Shown piece after piece: positions 1 to 16,169 of a DNA stretch of 64,000 nucleotides. The DNA comes from the human T2T-CHM13v2.0 reference genome, Homo sapiens: assembly GCF_009914755.1 (NCBI RefSeq), contig NC_060945.1; one strand, given 5' to 3'. Below the pieces are notes generated by a model. It had not been told where the DNA came from, ran no database searches, and saw nothing but the letters and a program-made list of their open reading frames with translations. Numbering within the stretch: position 1 is the first letter of the stretch; the number at the start of each line of letters is the position of its first letter. A program made the position numbers and the translations under genes.

Positions 1-689
1 CTAATAAGGCAATAAATTATCAAATATTTATGACCTAGTAATCATATTTTACTAAATAGAAGCATGTAAAATTAGGCAAGCAAGCTTGAACTGAAGTCTT
101 ATGACAAATCTCACTTAAGCTCCAAATATGGATTGAAATACAAACAAAGATGATGCAAACAGCTGTGCATGCTAATGAAAGCACTGCTTCAGTACAAGAG
201 GATGGGTGCTAATTTGTCACGGAAGTAACTAGAAGATATCCGCAGTTGGCTAGCCTTTTTACTGAATTGCGTTAATTCTCTCAGGCTAGCCAATACATCT
301 GTCATTCTAATTATACCTGACCCAATTCTCATCTCTCCATGATGAAAGATTGTTTATAAAATGCCACCTGAAGGAGATTTACTTGTAAAGTATTTAGACT
401 AATCAGGACTCCCGTGACGGTGTTAGGGAACACTCACAAAAGGGTACCACTGTGGTTTTTCCTCAACCTTTGTTTCCTGTTTGTTATGGGAATAAACTTG
501 CTCTTCACTGAGCTGCGTGGTTAGCGTGCAACAGGCTATTAACAAGAAGCTCAAAACTCGGGATATCATGTCCTGTATTGGAAAATAAGGGGAAGTGCTT
601 TTTCTTACTGAATGAGAGACAGGAGTATGCTGGGAAACTGGCACTGTCTAGAAAAACAAACAAATAGAACACTCTTGAGTTACAGTGTA

Positions 690-810
690 TGCCAACTGCC
701 ATGGTATAAATACTCCCACCATTGGTATTTCAAGCTACTAATGGCTATGGCTTACAAAATTCCTCTATACTGTAATAATTAGCTTTTACAGGCTAGCAGG
801 AGTTGGCTAC
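690..810. mobile_element. Old hAT-Tip100 (Arthur-like) DNA transposon fragment
   Basis: Motif ggtataaatactcccaccattggtatttcaagctac resembles a recalled consensus. Confidence 0.4.
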
Positions 811-1074
811 ACTACCATGTTAATGACAGGAAATAGGGGCACAAGTGAACACATGTAGGGAGACTGTAAGAGTTTTTCGGTTTCCTTGGTCTTGAGGTGT
901 GAATTTAAGGAAAGAAAAGCTCAGTAGGTAGATGTCTCAGGATTGCCTCATACTTGTTGGTATCTGTAATATACCAAGAACAATAACACCAAAGGTAAGA
1001 ATGGTTTTCCTTTTCAGTTTCTTACTTCCTGTCTCAATGCTGCAAATCTGCACCATATGGAAGGCAGGAGACGC

Positions 1075-1218
1075 TACTAGAGTCTACTACTCAAAATAGA
1101 TCCATGGACCAGCAGAGTCAACACCACCTGGGACTCAGGCCCCCCATACAGACTCAACAACGATTGTTTTCCAAGGGCCTTGGATAACTCGAATGGATAT
1201 CTCAGTTTGAGAAGCAGC
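1075..1218. mobile_element. MER5-family MITE (hAT-Charlie), degenerate
   Basis: ctactcaaa..tccatggaccagcag..cacctggga ... agtttgagaagc termini. Confidence 0.5.
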
Positions 1219-1563
1219 ATGATCAACCTTATCTTTTAAATGCAATAGATATGTCAAAACGTGAGACATAAGATTTAATCATTTTCCAAAAGAAGTAGTT
1301 AGGGAAGAATTAGTAAAAGTTGCATAGGTTTTGGCTTATTAAAAGAAGTACACATATATTTGGGAAAAGACAGATACAACAAAATTAGTAGTCTTAAGAT
1401 TCAAATATACAGCTCAACAACTTAATTTGAACAGATTGAACAGATTGTCTATACACATTTATTTTACTCTGAAGTTCTGTCCTATCTCAAGCAACATTAA
1501 AACAGCTTCGATACCTCTGCCTTAGATCCAGTACCAAGATCATAATTTTCTTACTCATATTAA

Positions 1564-2025
<462 letters not shown>

Positions 2026-2656
2026 AGAATGTACTTCCTTATACCACTTCTCTGTAAAGAAAGAATTAGATGATATTTCTGTTCCGGTTTAAAAAAAAAA
2101 AAAGAAAAAAAGAATGCCTCTAGATGTAGGTCATGGGTTGGAAGGATGGTCCTACTGTTTCATGTCCTTTTCTGGGGAAGACTGAGCATGTACACCTCTC
2201 CATGTTAACTGGCTTCTTGTCACAATCTCTAGCAGGCAAAGAACCTACAGATTCCAGCTGGGAACAGCAGTGTCTCTGGTTACAGCACAGATGCTAATCA
2301 CCATTTGCTATTTTATAACAGTGGACAAGGGGAGAGTGAATTCCTTTTGAACAAAAAAAAAAAAAAACAAAACAAAACTAGGAAAGCAGTTTACCTCCAT
2401 ATCTCACTGTCTACATGGCAAATATGCATACGCAATGTTTCAAGTCAACATTTTATGTTGTTTTCTGTTTCTAAATAAAGCTACTAGACTACATTACACA
2501 TTTTATCAAATACTTGCTTTTACCTTACTAAATGTGTATTTATCATATTTGCTTTGGCATATTTTTGTTTATTTTACTTTTTCTTATACAATAAAAAATG
2601 TTCACTGGTTATCTACAATGTGCATAGCAGTGATACAGAAGTTAGAGCTTACATTA

Positions 2657-3794
<1,138 letters not shown>

Positions 3795-4157
3795 TGATGC
3801 ATTTTAGTAACTTTGCCCACCAAGACTACTGGGCAGCAGTCACCAGCACTTCAGAAATCCTGGGTAACAAATGCTAGTAAATTTCCAGAACAGATGCAAT
3901 CATAAGAATTGGCAAGCAAGACTTTTCTTTGCTCCTATCATGAAACATCAAGAACCTAAAGTCACGTGCAAGCAACATAAAATTGCCATCCATATTCTGT
4001 GATACTTGCATATTCTGTCTAGAAATTATACCCAATAAGAACATATATAAATTTAAGAAAGAGGCAACCCTACTCTCATAGTTAAAACACCTGAACAGTC
4101 TTACCATTATTATCAACTAAATATAGCGTAACCTTTAACATTTCCTCTGCCTTAATC

Positions 4158-4445
4158 TTTTTTTTTTTTGGACAGGGTCTCACTGTCACCAAGGCTGGAG
4201 TGTGGTGGTGTGATCACGGCTCACTGCAGGCTTGACCTCCTCACCTGGGCTCCAGCGACCCTCCCACCTCAGCCTCCTGAGTAGCTGGGACTATAAGCCT
4301 GTGACACTACAGCCAAAACAACAATTTTTTTTTTTGGTCTCCCTATGGGGCCCAGGCTGCTTGCAAACTCCTGGGCTCAGGCGATCATCCTGCCTCAGCT
4401 TCCCAAAGTGCTGGGATAACAGGTGTGAGATACCATGCCTGGCCT
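4158..4445 (-). mobile_element. AluJ
   Basis: gacagggtctcactgtcacc, ctcctgggctcaggcgat (J-type diagnostics). Confidence 0.9.
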
Positions 4446-4825
4446 GTAAACACTTTTTTTTTTTTAACACTGTAAAAGTCTCAATGTTTACAATTTGGGC
4501 TGCTGTCTTGAAAATTAAGGGATTCTCTTGAGCATCATTTTTATATGAGATTCATTCATTCTTGCCTCCCCTTGACTTTTTACTCTTCTACTAACAGAAT
4601 CACAAAAAGTCAGGCATATTGGAAGAGGTGGTTGGAAACCAAAGATGAATTTTCAGGAGGGCAAAATGGTTAAAGGCTGAGAGAAGCAGCTGGTTAGGCT
4701 GTAAGCCACTCTGCTTTTGGAAACTCATTGTTCTGCAAGGGAACTAAAGATCTCCATTCAAATCCACAGCTTTGTAACCTGCTCAAGGAATCTGACTGTA
4801 CTTAATCAGACCTATGGCTTGGCTA

Positions 4826-5588
<763 letters not shown>

Positions 5589-7419
5589 TTATTGTGCCTG
5601 AGGCATCTGCACACTTTTTTTTTTTTTAAAGCAACTGATTTGGGGAAAATATGAGAAAGACTAATATTCTTTAAAAATCTAGTTTCTGGCCTTTAATTAA
5701 ATTGGACTAAAATTTTATTTTTAATAAATCTAGATATAATTGTATTAAAATGCCTTTCACTGATTACTTCTGCTATTCTATTTTTTTTTAATTGGTAAAG
5801 CCAGGTTCTCACTATGTTGCCCAGGCTGGTGTCAAATGTGTATCTTTGTGAATATACTAAACCACTGAATTCTCTCTCACACACACTTCTATATGGCTCT
5901 ATTCCCTAGTCTCATCACATTTTAAGCAACCTAATTATCTGAGTGGGCTTTCTAGATTGAGACCATTAAACTACACGGAAAGATGCTTGTCCATGTCCTG
6001 CTTCACTCTGCCTCTATCAAAGTGTGTATCAAACACCTCGGAATCAATGGCTGCCATGACATGGGGCACAAAATAACAGGCTGTTACCTGTCACATCTAT
6101 GGTCAGTGCTGACACTAGTTCTCTTGACATCATTAGCAAGCATGCTACAACCCGGGCGAAGAGTAGAAGTGCATCCTCTCCATCTTCAAAACACAAAGGT
6201 AAAGGCCTGAGGCTTGCTCTATAAGGAGGAGCCATTACCCTTTTGCCCTGTTCCCAAATACTCCCTGGAGCTTTAGTTTCATTTTTGTACAGCATGCTAC
6301 TACTGAGGCCTCCAACTGAAGTATGTGAGTTCATGTTCGGGTTCACAGCAAGTTAAGTTCACAGTTTACCCCAAGCTTTGTGGAGAGTTAAATATTAATC
6401 ATAAGTAAAAATCCCGTTAGTGAATTATAGGATACCTTGTAAGTGTCATGTCCATTACAAACAAGTAACAACAGAGGCATGAGAATTAAGCTAAGCTTTG
6501 TTTCTTCTCCCCTTGAGATCAATACAAGCTACTCTGATTTACTTCAAGTATGTATTGCATTCATTCTATTTGGTGCTCTATCACCCAGTAAATCCCTATT
6601 CTTCCTTTATAATTACTGATACGCCAACTTCTCTGCAACATAGTAGGTGAAAACTTTTGTTCCGGGCTGAGCACTTTCTCTTCTCCATGCTGCCAAAATT
6701 CCTTCCTAGGCAGGCCTGAGAGACTCATCCCTCTCAAGGACAATGCAGATATGGCTAGAAGCAACCTGAGCAAGCCACTTTGTTCCTATCTCTGTGCCCC
6801 CAGCAACCAATGCCATGTCTGGTACCTACAAGTGCCTTGTGGATATTGGTGAAATGTATAGCAATAAATCAAATGGTACTTCTCCCAGATTAATTGTCAC
6901 CAGAAGAAGAAAAATAATTTAATTCTGCCAAGGTCAATCACTTAGCCCAATATAAGCAATATTCGGATCAAACCTTTTAGCTTTTATCATCACATGAGAC
7001 GGTGAAAGAGCCATCTGTATCAGTGTCTCTATCTGTTCACTTAACAGAAGAACTCCCACAAGGCTTAAAATACCTGCAAGAAATAAAACTCTATCTTGAA
7101 ATGCAGTGGCATCTAATACTATCTTATCCAATTTTCAGCTGGATTTAAAATTTAAGTGCAGATATTTCAATATACAGTGTATATTCACACAAAAAAAATT
7201 TAAGCAAGAAATGTTTCTTTTAATCATAACATAATGTTCTCTCTAAATATCAGCTTTATTATACCAATAGATATGGATAGGTTACATTTATGCCTTTTAT
7301 AATTAAAAGTCAACTTATTGGTTTACCTTTAACATTCCTCATTAGTAGTAAACATTAGTTTGCTAATGTTTCAAATGCAATGGAGGATTGGAATGATGAT
7401 TATAACCATAACTAAGAGA

Positions 7420-7790
7420 GCAACTAAGGTTAATTGAGCAGTTACTGTATACCAGGAATTATGCAAAGTGTTTCCTATAAATTAATTAATTTAATCCTCA
7501 CAAAATAGTTAAATATTGGATAGGTCTTATTAATCCCTATTTTACAAAAAGAAGCAATGAGGATTCAAGGTTATTTGATTTATACAAATTTACACAGTTA
7601 GTAGCTTGTAAGGCAAAGATTTGAATCTGGACAGCTTGAGTTTGTAAATTGAACACTTACTGGGCATGATGGTAAGCGTTTAACATAAGTTACCTAAAGT
7701 CATTCTTACAAGAAACATGCAAGATAACATTACCATCTACACTACACACATAAAAAACAGGTTACTTAACTGGCCCAAGGTCATAAAAAT
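7420..7790. mobile_element. MIR fragments
   Basis: taattgagcagttactgtataccagg, ttaatcctcac, cctattttaca, ggttacttaactggcccaaggtca. Confidence 0.7.
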
Positions 7791-7917
7791 TCTCTCAAAC
7801 ACTATACTAGTCTATCTCTAACCAAAAAAAAACAAACCCTACCTCAAAAGAAATCAACTTGATATGGCAGTATGTGAAATAGAAAGAACTTCACAGTCAC
7901 CGTCTTATAGTGAGAAT

Positions 7918-8132
7918 CAGGGGTTAGCAAATGTTTACTGAAAAGGCCAGATAGTAAATGTTTTCAGTTTTGCAGGCAACACAATCTCTTTTGCGATCCT
8001 CAACTCTACTTCCAAAACATGAAAACATCCATAGACAATTTTTAAACAAATGGGATGGGCTGTGTCCTAATAAAACTTTTGTGTAGAAAACAGGAAAACA
8101 GGCTATTTTTGGCCCCAATTTGCTGACCCTTG
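7918..8132. mobile_element. MER58A (hAT-Charlie MITE)
   Basis: TIRs caggggttagcaaa ... tttgctgacccttg; aaaggccagatagtaaatgttttcag core. Confidence 0.85.
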
Positions 8133-8133
8133 A

Positions 8134-8467
<334 letters not shown>

Positions 8468-8695
8468 GATCACTTCAAGTAAAAATTCTAAAAATTCAGA
8501 AATGCACAGTGTAAAATAATAGATGAATATATGCCTATATCAAAGGTATATGCATTTACAAGGGAACACAGGTTGAAATGAATTTGTGTGTATTTATAAA
8601 GAAAATAAAAAGTGTAATTTTGACATGAGTGTAGCAGAAATATCCTGGCCTATCTAGGTCCAAATTCTGATTTCATCACTTAACCAGTTATGTGA

Positions 8696-9013
<318 letters not shown>

Positions 9014-9029
9014 TAAAAAAATTTTTTTC

Positions 9030-9432
<403 letters not shown>

Positions 9433-9456
9433 TTAAAGCACAAGAGGCCTGTTTTC

Positions 9457-9552
9457 CCGGCTACTTGGGAGGCTGAGGTTTGAACTCAGGAGTTTGAATC
9501 CAGCCTAGGAAACATAGCAAAATCCCGTGTCAAAAAAAAAAAAAAAAAAAAA
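9457..9552 (+). mobile_element. FLAM-like Alu monomer fragment
   Basis: ctacttgggaggctgagg..caggagtttga..cagccta followed by poly-A. Confidence 0.75.
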
Positions 9553-12244
9553 TTAAATTACATTAAAGGGCAAGAGTGGTGACCGTGAAAATCTATATCT
9601 GCAACAAAGGCTTCAAAAATCTGCCAGTCTCCCAGGAGGTAAAATGCTGTCTGCTCTGCCCCAACGATGCCTTCCACAGTAGCAAAGAGCCTAGCCATCA
9701 GCAGGGGTACAACGAATAGTTGCTGAATAAATGAACATAAGGAAGAAATGTCCAGTTCCTCTGGACAGGCACAATTGGCTAGATTAAATAAAAGATTATG
9801 CCATTTATTACAATACCCATTTCAATCAGAATTTAGAATTTATGGCTCAATCAAAACTACCCTGATATCTCTGGTTTCTGAAGTACAATCCCTTCTTGAA
9901 GAACAGAAAATTAGGAGCAAGTATCTAAATACACCACTGTTGTACTCAAATCGGTAATGGCTTATTCCACTAGACCAATAACCAATAATATCCAAGTATT
10001 TTTTTAACAACCAAAGACGACAATAAGCCCCCAAAACCAGATAGATCTTGCAATCGTGTGCTCACTTTTATTTTTATTTTTTTGAGACAGGGTCCCACTC
10101 TGTTGCCCAGGCTGGAGTGCAGCGGATGTGCTTACTTTTAAACAATAATTTTATTCTACTGGAATCAGTGACAGAGAACAGACATCTTCTCATTTGGGTA
10201 TCATCGATTCTAACACAATATGGCAGAGAAGATTATGACTACGCTAAAAGTGTCTTATTTTTCTTCCCTCCATTTCTTTCCGGTTTTAACGGGTTATGAA
10301 ATTATTGAGTTTTTTATGAAGCACATTAAGGACTGGTATCAGTAGCAATATGTTGGTAATGATGACAATTTTCTTAGAAAGGATGGCTGTAAATCACATT
10401 TTGTTCCAGGTACTGAAACACTAACACTGAAAACAAGATTGTAAGCCTCCCTGCAGTATCTCATCTTTGCAAGTCACTTCTAATTTTTATGTTGAACACA
10501 GAAGCAACCTACTTGTAATTAGAGTTTTACAAAATGAGTAATCACCTATGGCGTTGCCATTGCTCTCAATTAGGGAAGAACCACAAGTCACCTTTTGTAA
10601 CAGTGAGGAGGAGGAAAAGGACTCTTTGCAGCTGACCCCTTTAACGTTACCCTCTAAAACATCTACTTCTTTACTGGAATTAGCTACAAGCACAAAAAAA
10701 TTATCTCGCATGGGCACAACTGACCATAACATGTTTCTGTTAGGCCCCCTTTCCCAGGAAGACTTGCCTCAATTAGAGCTTTTGTTCAGGAGTTTGAGGT
10801 GGAATGAATGGACCTGCATTAAAGATTCCTCTATTTCTGGGGCATTAACAGTTGCTATCTCTCAATGACCAGGTATCTTGCTTTCAGAAGGTTGCTTTTG
10901 TTGCTCTTCTTGCCAACAAAATTATTAACTTGTTATTTTTTAAGGTTCATTTCTTTTTTGCCTTTAGCCTGGAGTGTTTTGTTTATGAAATTCTTTTAAC
11001 TGCCTTCGTCTTTCTACAGGAAATAAAACAATACAACATCTCTGTGTTCCGTCTTAATATCAAATAATGCTACCTGCAAAACTCAAGCAAAAAGAACTGG
11101 ACTAATGCAGACGATAATGAGACCAATTTATCTCAAGCAAATTGTCTTGTTCTAGAATATGGGCCTAAGTTTATGTGGCATCCTCTCATTGTACTGCATA
11201 ACTGATGTCACTCCTTGTTCACCTGTTACCTCAACAGTACTAGCATCAAAACAAAATCTCTTTATTGTCTCCTGGAAAAATCTGCAGCGCACAGTAGCTT
11301 CTGAATTAATATTTGTTAATTAATCACCTGCAGTTAATGCCCATCTTTGCCAGCCTGGCATTGAAGGTCTCTATATTTTGGTCCCAACCTAAAAGACATC
11401 TGCTCTAGCTTAAATTGGACCAATCCTGTCTCCTAAATATGCCTTTCCATGGCACCACATTTGTTTTGCTAGTCCTGATGACTCTACAGCAAAATCCACT
11501 GGTAGACACACCACCCACCCACACTTTTGGCTCTAGTTCAAATGTCATGCTCTCCATGGAACCTTCTCTGATCAATCCAGAAGTTCCCTCTTACTCTCGG
11601 AGGCAGGTTCTGTGTTCACATTTCTTACAACACAGATGGCTTTGTACTTCTTTGACTTCTATTTCCTAAGAGATTTTAACATCCACTAGGGTTAGCTGGT
11701 CTGTGTGTGCTCATCATCCATTCCACATGGCCTAGCAAAATGGCTTGTACCAAGCAGGTGCTCAAAATCTAATGTTCAGTAAATGGACACTAACTGTTCT
11801 ATAAACAGCCAGCTTGATGGAGATCACAAGGACTTCAGTCCCACTGCAGGCTGCTAGCTGCTGTAATTTGTATTCACACTTCATTTAGGTTTCGAGAAGA
11901 GAAGCCCTGAAAAGCTGTCCTTCCCTGCTACAGGCATCAGGCTAACAAGTTCATTTGACCAGATCTGCCATAGTTGGTCCTAACAGGTGTATGAAAAACA
12001 CCCTGAGAAAGGATGTTTGAGTATTTGAAAAATGGTGGTTTAAACAAAATGCGCATTTACTAGCACATTTACTTATGTGCTAAAGTGAGTAAGAAACTGT
12101 CATTAAGTAGGGAATGATAAACTTAATCCATCTTGCACTCTGTTCTTTTTTTTCAAAGAACATGTAAAACTTTCAATAAATTTTAAGCTAACGCTGAGTG
12201 TTTAATTCAGAATAATCTCAATTTTAAAAGCTCAAGTTAAAGAA

Positions 12245-12570
12245 ATGTAGAACCTCAAAAATACTGTGTTAAGTGAAAGAAGTCGGACACAAAAGACCAT
12301 GTATTATATGATCCCACTTACAATAACAGTCCAAAAAAGGGCAAATCTATAGAGACAGAAAGTAGATTAGTTGTTGCTTGGGGCTAGAGGTGAGTAGAGG
12401 GCTTAACTGGGAGTGAGTATGTGTGATCTTACTGGAGTGACGAAAATGTTCTAAGATTAGATTATGGTGATAGTTGCACAGCTTGGCAAATTTCTTAAAG
12501 CCGCTGAATTGTATACTTAAAAGCAAATGAAACTTATATGTAAATTACACCTTAATAAGGTAAAAAATGC
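12245..12570 (+). mobile_element. Old L1 (L1MB/L1ME) 3' UTR fragment
   Basis: ttaagtgaaagaagtcggacacaaaagaccatgtattatatgatcc...atagagacagaaagtagattag. Confidence 0.8.
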
Positions 12571-13133
12571 AACAAAGGGAAGAAAATACTATAGTGACAA
12601 CTATGAATATAGTTGAGGGAGACAAAATAGCCCATGTTAAGCTCTAATAGAACAATAAATCTGAAATCATTAAACTTTAGCAAAAAGTGAGAGAAAGCCA
12701 CTTTTTGTAAATGCTGTAACATTTGTGGTTGACCTTTATAAGTATTTGCAGTACATTAAAATTCAGTAAGTACATATTCATTCAATCTAGCTCTAGAAGC
12801 ATCTTTTACTATCTGCCAAGCAGATGGCAGATATGAAATGCAGAACTCTTTAAGGAACAAATGCATACTCTTTAAGGAACTCAATCCAACAGTTTACTCG
12901 TTTCTGTAACATTTGGTCATTTAATATCAACTGAATGTTTGTTTTTATTTCATGGAGACAAGTATGACCTTTAGTTCTTTTAGTTCACAATATTTGCAAC
13001 ACAAACATTAATTCAATAGAGAAAGTCTAAGACATTAATACTATATTTACTTCTTGAAGAAAGCACTGCCGTACTTCCCAATAAAACAATGTAAACTCAA
13101 CATAAATCACCTCTGTTAAAATTCATAGCATAA

Positions 13134-13503
<370 letters not shown>

Positions 13504-13899
13504 TAAGATTTATCGAAACTACAAGCCAGGCACTCTGTGCAATACTGAATAAAATCAAGTCCTTACCCTCAAGGAGCTCATCGTCTAGGTGGTAACAGAC
13601 AATATTATATAACAAACACTCACTGCCAAAGGAATACCAAGGAGTCACCTAACTCAGTGTTTGTCAAATTAGATGACTACCTGGTTGGGCGGAGTCTTGT
13701 AGAATTAACTTGGGATTTGCCAAGCAGCATATACAAGGTACAAAACAAACTGTATAATAAAGATTTCACATTATTTGAAATTGTTTGCTTGTTAAACCAA
13801 AAAAATTTCACAAGCATAAGAAGCCTTTTGGAAAAAAAAACATGTTTTTGATTGGGGAAGGCAGTGGTGCTAGGGTGGATATTTCCAACTCTGGTATTA

Positions 13900-14187
<288 letters not shown>

Positions 14188-14384
14188 TTAAACACATTTC
14201 AGGGAAGGAAAAGAAAAGTCGTCCATATGGAATTTTGGCAATTTGAGAAGAAACACACCCAAAACTTCAATTCAGCAGGTCTAAGTATAAATCCCAGCTC
14301 AGTGGGTCTGCAAAAATTTTTATCCTTGGGGACAGTTCTTAGTTTCTGCAGTTGCTAAAAGGGGATGCCATGAGTCTAACCACA

Positions 14385-14785
14385 GGACATTCTGGAAAAG
14401 GGAAAATTACGGAGACAATAAAAAGATCAGCGGTTGCCAGTGGTTCAGGGGGAGTGGGGAAGGGATGAATAGGTGGAGTAGAGAGGATTTTTAGAAACTA
14501 CTCTGCACGATACTGTCATAAGTAATAATAGATACACAGCATTAAGCATTTGTCAAAACCAAGAGACTATACTACACAAAAAGTCGCCTCTCATGTTAAA
14601 ACAGGAATACTGGTTAATAATAGTGTATCGATATTGGTTCAAACGTACCATACTAAGGCAAAATGTTAATCCAGGGGAAACTGTTGGGGAGTGGGGAAGT
14701 GAGAGGTAGAGGGAACTTTTTGTAGTTTCTGCTTGAATTCTTTGTAAACCTAAAACTGCTCTGAAAAATGTAGTCCATTATAAAA
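14385..14785 (+). mobile_element. L1MC-type 3' UTR fragment
   Basis: acattctggaaaagggaaaattacggagacaataaaaagatcagcggttgcc...gtaaacctaaaactgctct. Confidence 0.8.
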
Positions 14786-14941
14786 AGTGGGGTGGTGGAT
14801 ATCAAAACTGAGTTTGCCGTATTATGGGAATTACTTCTCATAGTGCACATACAAGAGCCGCAACGCATTGCACGGTAGCGGATACTCAGTATATGCTGGT
14901 GGAAATTGGTTTAAAAACTGCAACTGAGAGCTTAAACTGGA

Positions 14942-15229
14942 CACACAGGTGGAAGATGAAGCTGACTTAAGTAAACCTGCAATGCCCTGTGGTCAGGGAT
15001 GCCTGCTGGAACTCACACAGGTGGAAGATGAAACTGACTTAAGTAAACCTGCAATGCCCTGTGGTCAGGGATGCCTGCTGGAACTCACACAGGTGGAAGA
15101 TGAAACTGACTTAAGTAAACCTGCAATGCCCTGTGGTCAGGGATGCCTGCTGGAACTCACACAGGTGGAAGATGAAACTGACTTAAGTAAATCTGCAATG
15201 CCCTGTGGTCAGGGATGCCTGCTGGAACT
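14942..15229. repeat. Tandem repeat, 72 bp x 4
   Basis: Units start at 14942, 15014, 15086 and 15158; only two substitutions across the array. Confidence 0.97.
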
Positions 15230-15287
15230 ATTTAGTTGCGTACCCTATGGTTACTAACTGCTTATGTTTTGTAGAAAACCAAATATT

Positions 15288-15978
15288 TCAGTGGTTCTCA
15301 AATTTCAGTGAGCATCAGAATCACCTGGAAGGCTTATTGAAACACAGATCACCTACCTGCTAAATGTGGTGGCTCATGCCTGTAATCCCAGCACTGTGGA
15401 AGGCTGAGGTGGGAAAAAACCTAGAGGCCAGGAGTTTGAGACCAGCCTGGGCCACACGGTGAGACCCTGTCTCCAAAAAAATTAAAAAAAAAAAAAAAAA
15501 AAAGCCAGGCATGGTGGTGTGCACCTGTAGTTCCAGCTACTCAGAAGGCTGGGGCGGGAGGATTGCTTGAGCCCAGGAGTTCGAGGCTGCTGTGAGCTAT
15601 GACTGCATCACTGCATTCCAGCTAGGGAGACAAAGACACTGCCTCCTTAAAAACAAACAAAAACCAGCCAGGCATGGTGGTGTGCACCTGTAGTTCCAGC
15701 TACTCAGAAGGCTGGGGCGGGAGGATTGCTTGAGCCCAGGAGTTCGAGGCTGCTGTGAGCTATGACTGCATCACTGCATTCCAGCCAGGGAGACAAAGAC
15801 ACTGTCTCCTTAAAAACAAACAAAAACCAACACAGATCACCAGGTGCCTGTGGCAGTTTCTAATGCAGCTCCAGAGTTTCTGAATCATGAGGCCTTGGTG
15901 GGGCCTGAGAATGTGCATTTCAAATTCCCAGGTAATACTGATGCTGGTGGTCAGGGGAAAATATTCTGAGATCCACTG
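15288..15978. mobile_element. MER5A interrupted by an AluJ
   Basis: cagtggttctcaaa..gcatcagaatcacctggaaggctt ... gggcctgagaatgtgcatttc..tgagatccactg; Alu TSD aacacagatcacc at 15341-15353 and 15829-15841. Confidence 0.85.
15357..15828 (+). mobile_element. AluJ with tandemly duplicated right arm
   Basis: Left arm, A-linker, then a 163-bp right arm plus tail present twice (15503-15665 and 15666-15828). Confidence 0.93.
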
Positions 15979-16169
15979 CAATATGCTGAGAATAATGGCA
16001 AGAGATAACCAGTAACTCAGTGAAATTGGGAAGAGGATCAGAAATATTTATGGTATTAAACATTTACATGCTGATGCATCATAGTTTGTAAAAAATAAGC
16101 AAATTTGGATGGCAAAAGAAGGGCATGTCTAGAACAAAATTAAAAAGGCCTATTAGGAAATCCTTGTGG

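Noticed and set aside
14949-15257. 102-aa repetitive ORF, or a CRISPR-like reading of the 72-bp array
   Set aside because: The units are contiguous with no unique spacers and there are no cas genes in this eukaryotic context. The ORF is open only because 72 is a multiple of 3; it starts at GTG and is antisense to APP.
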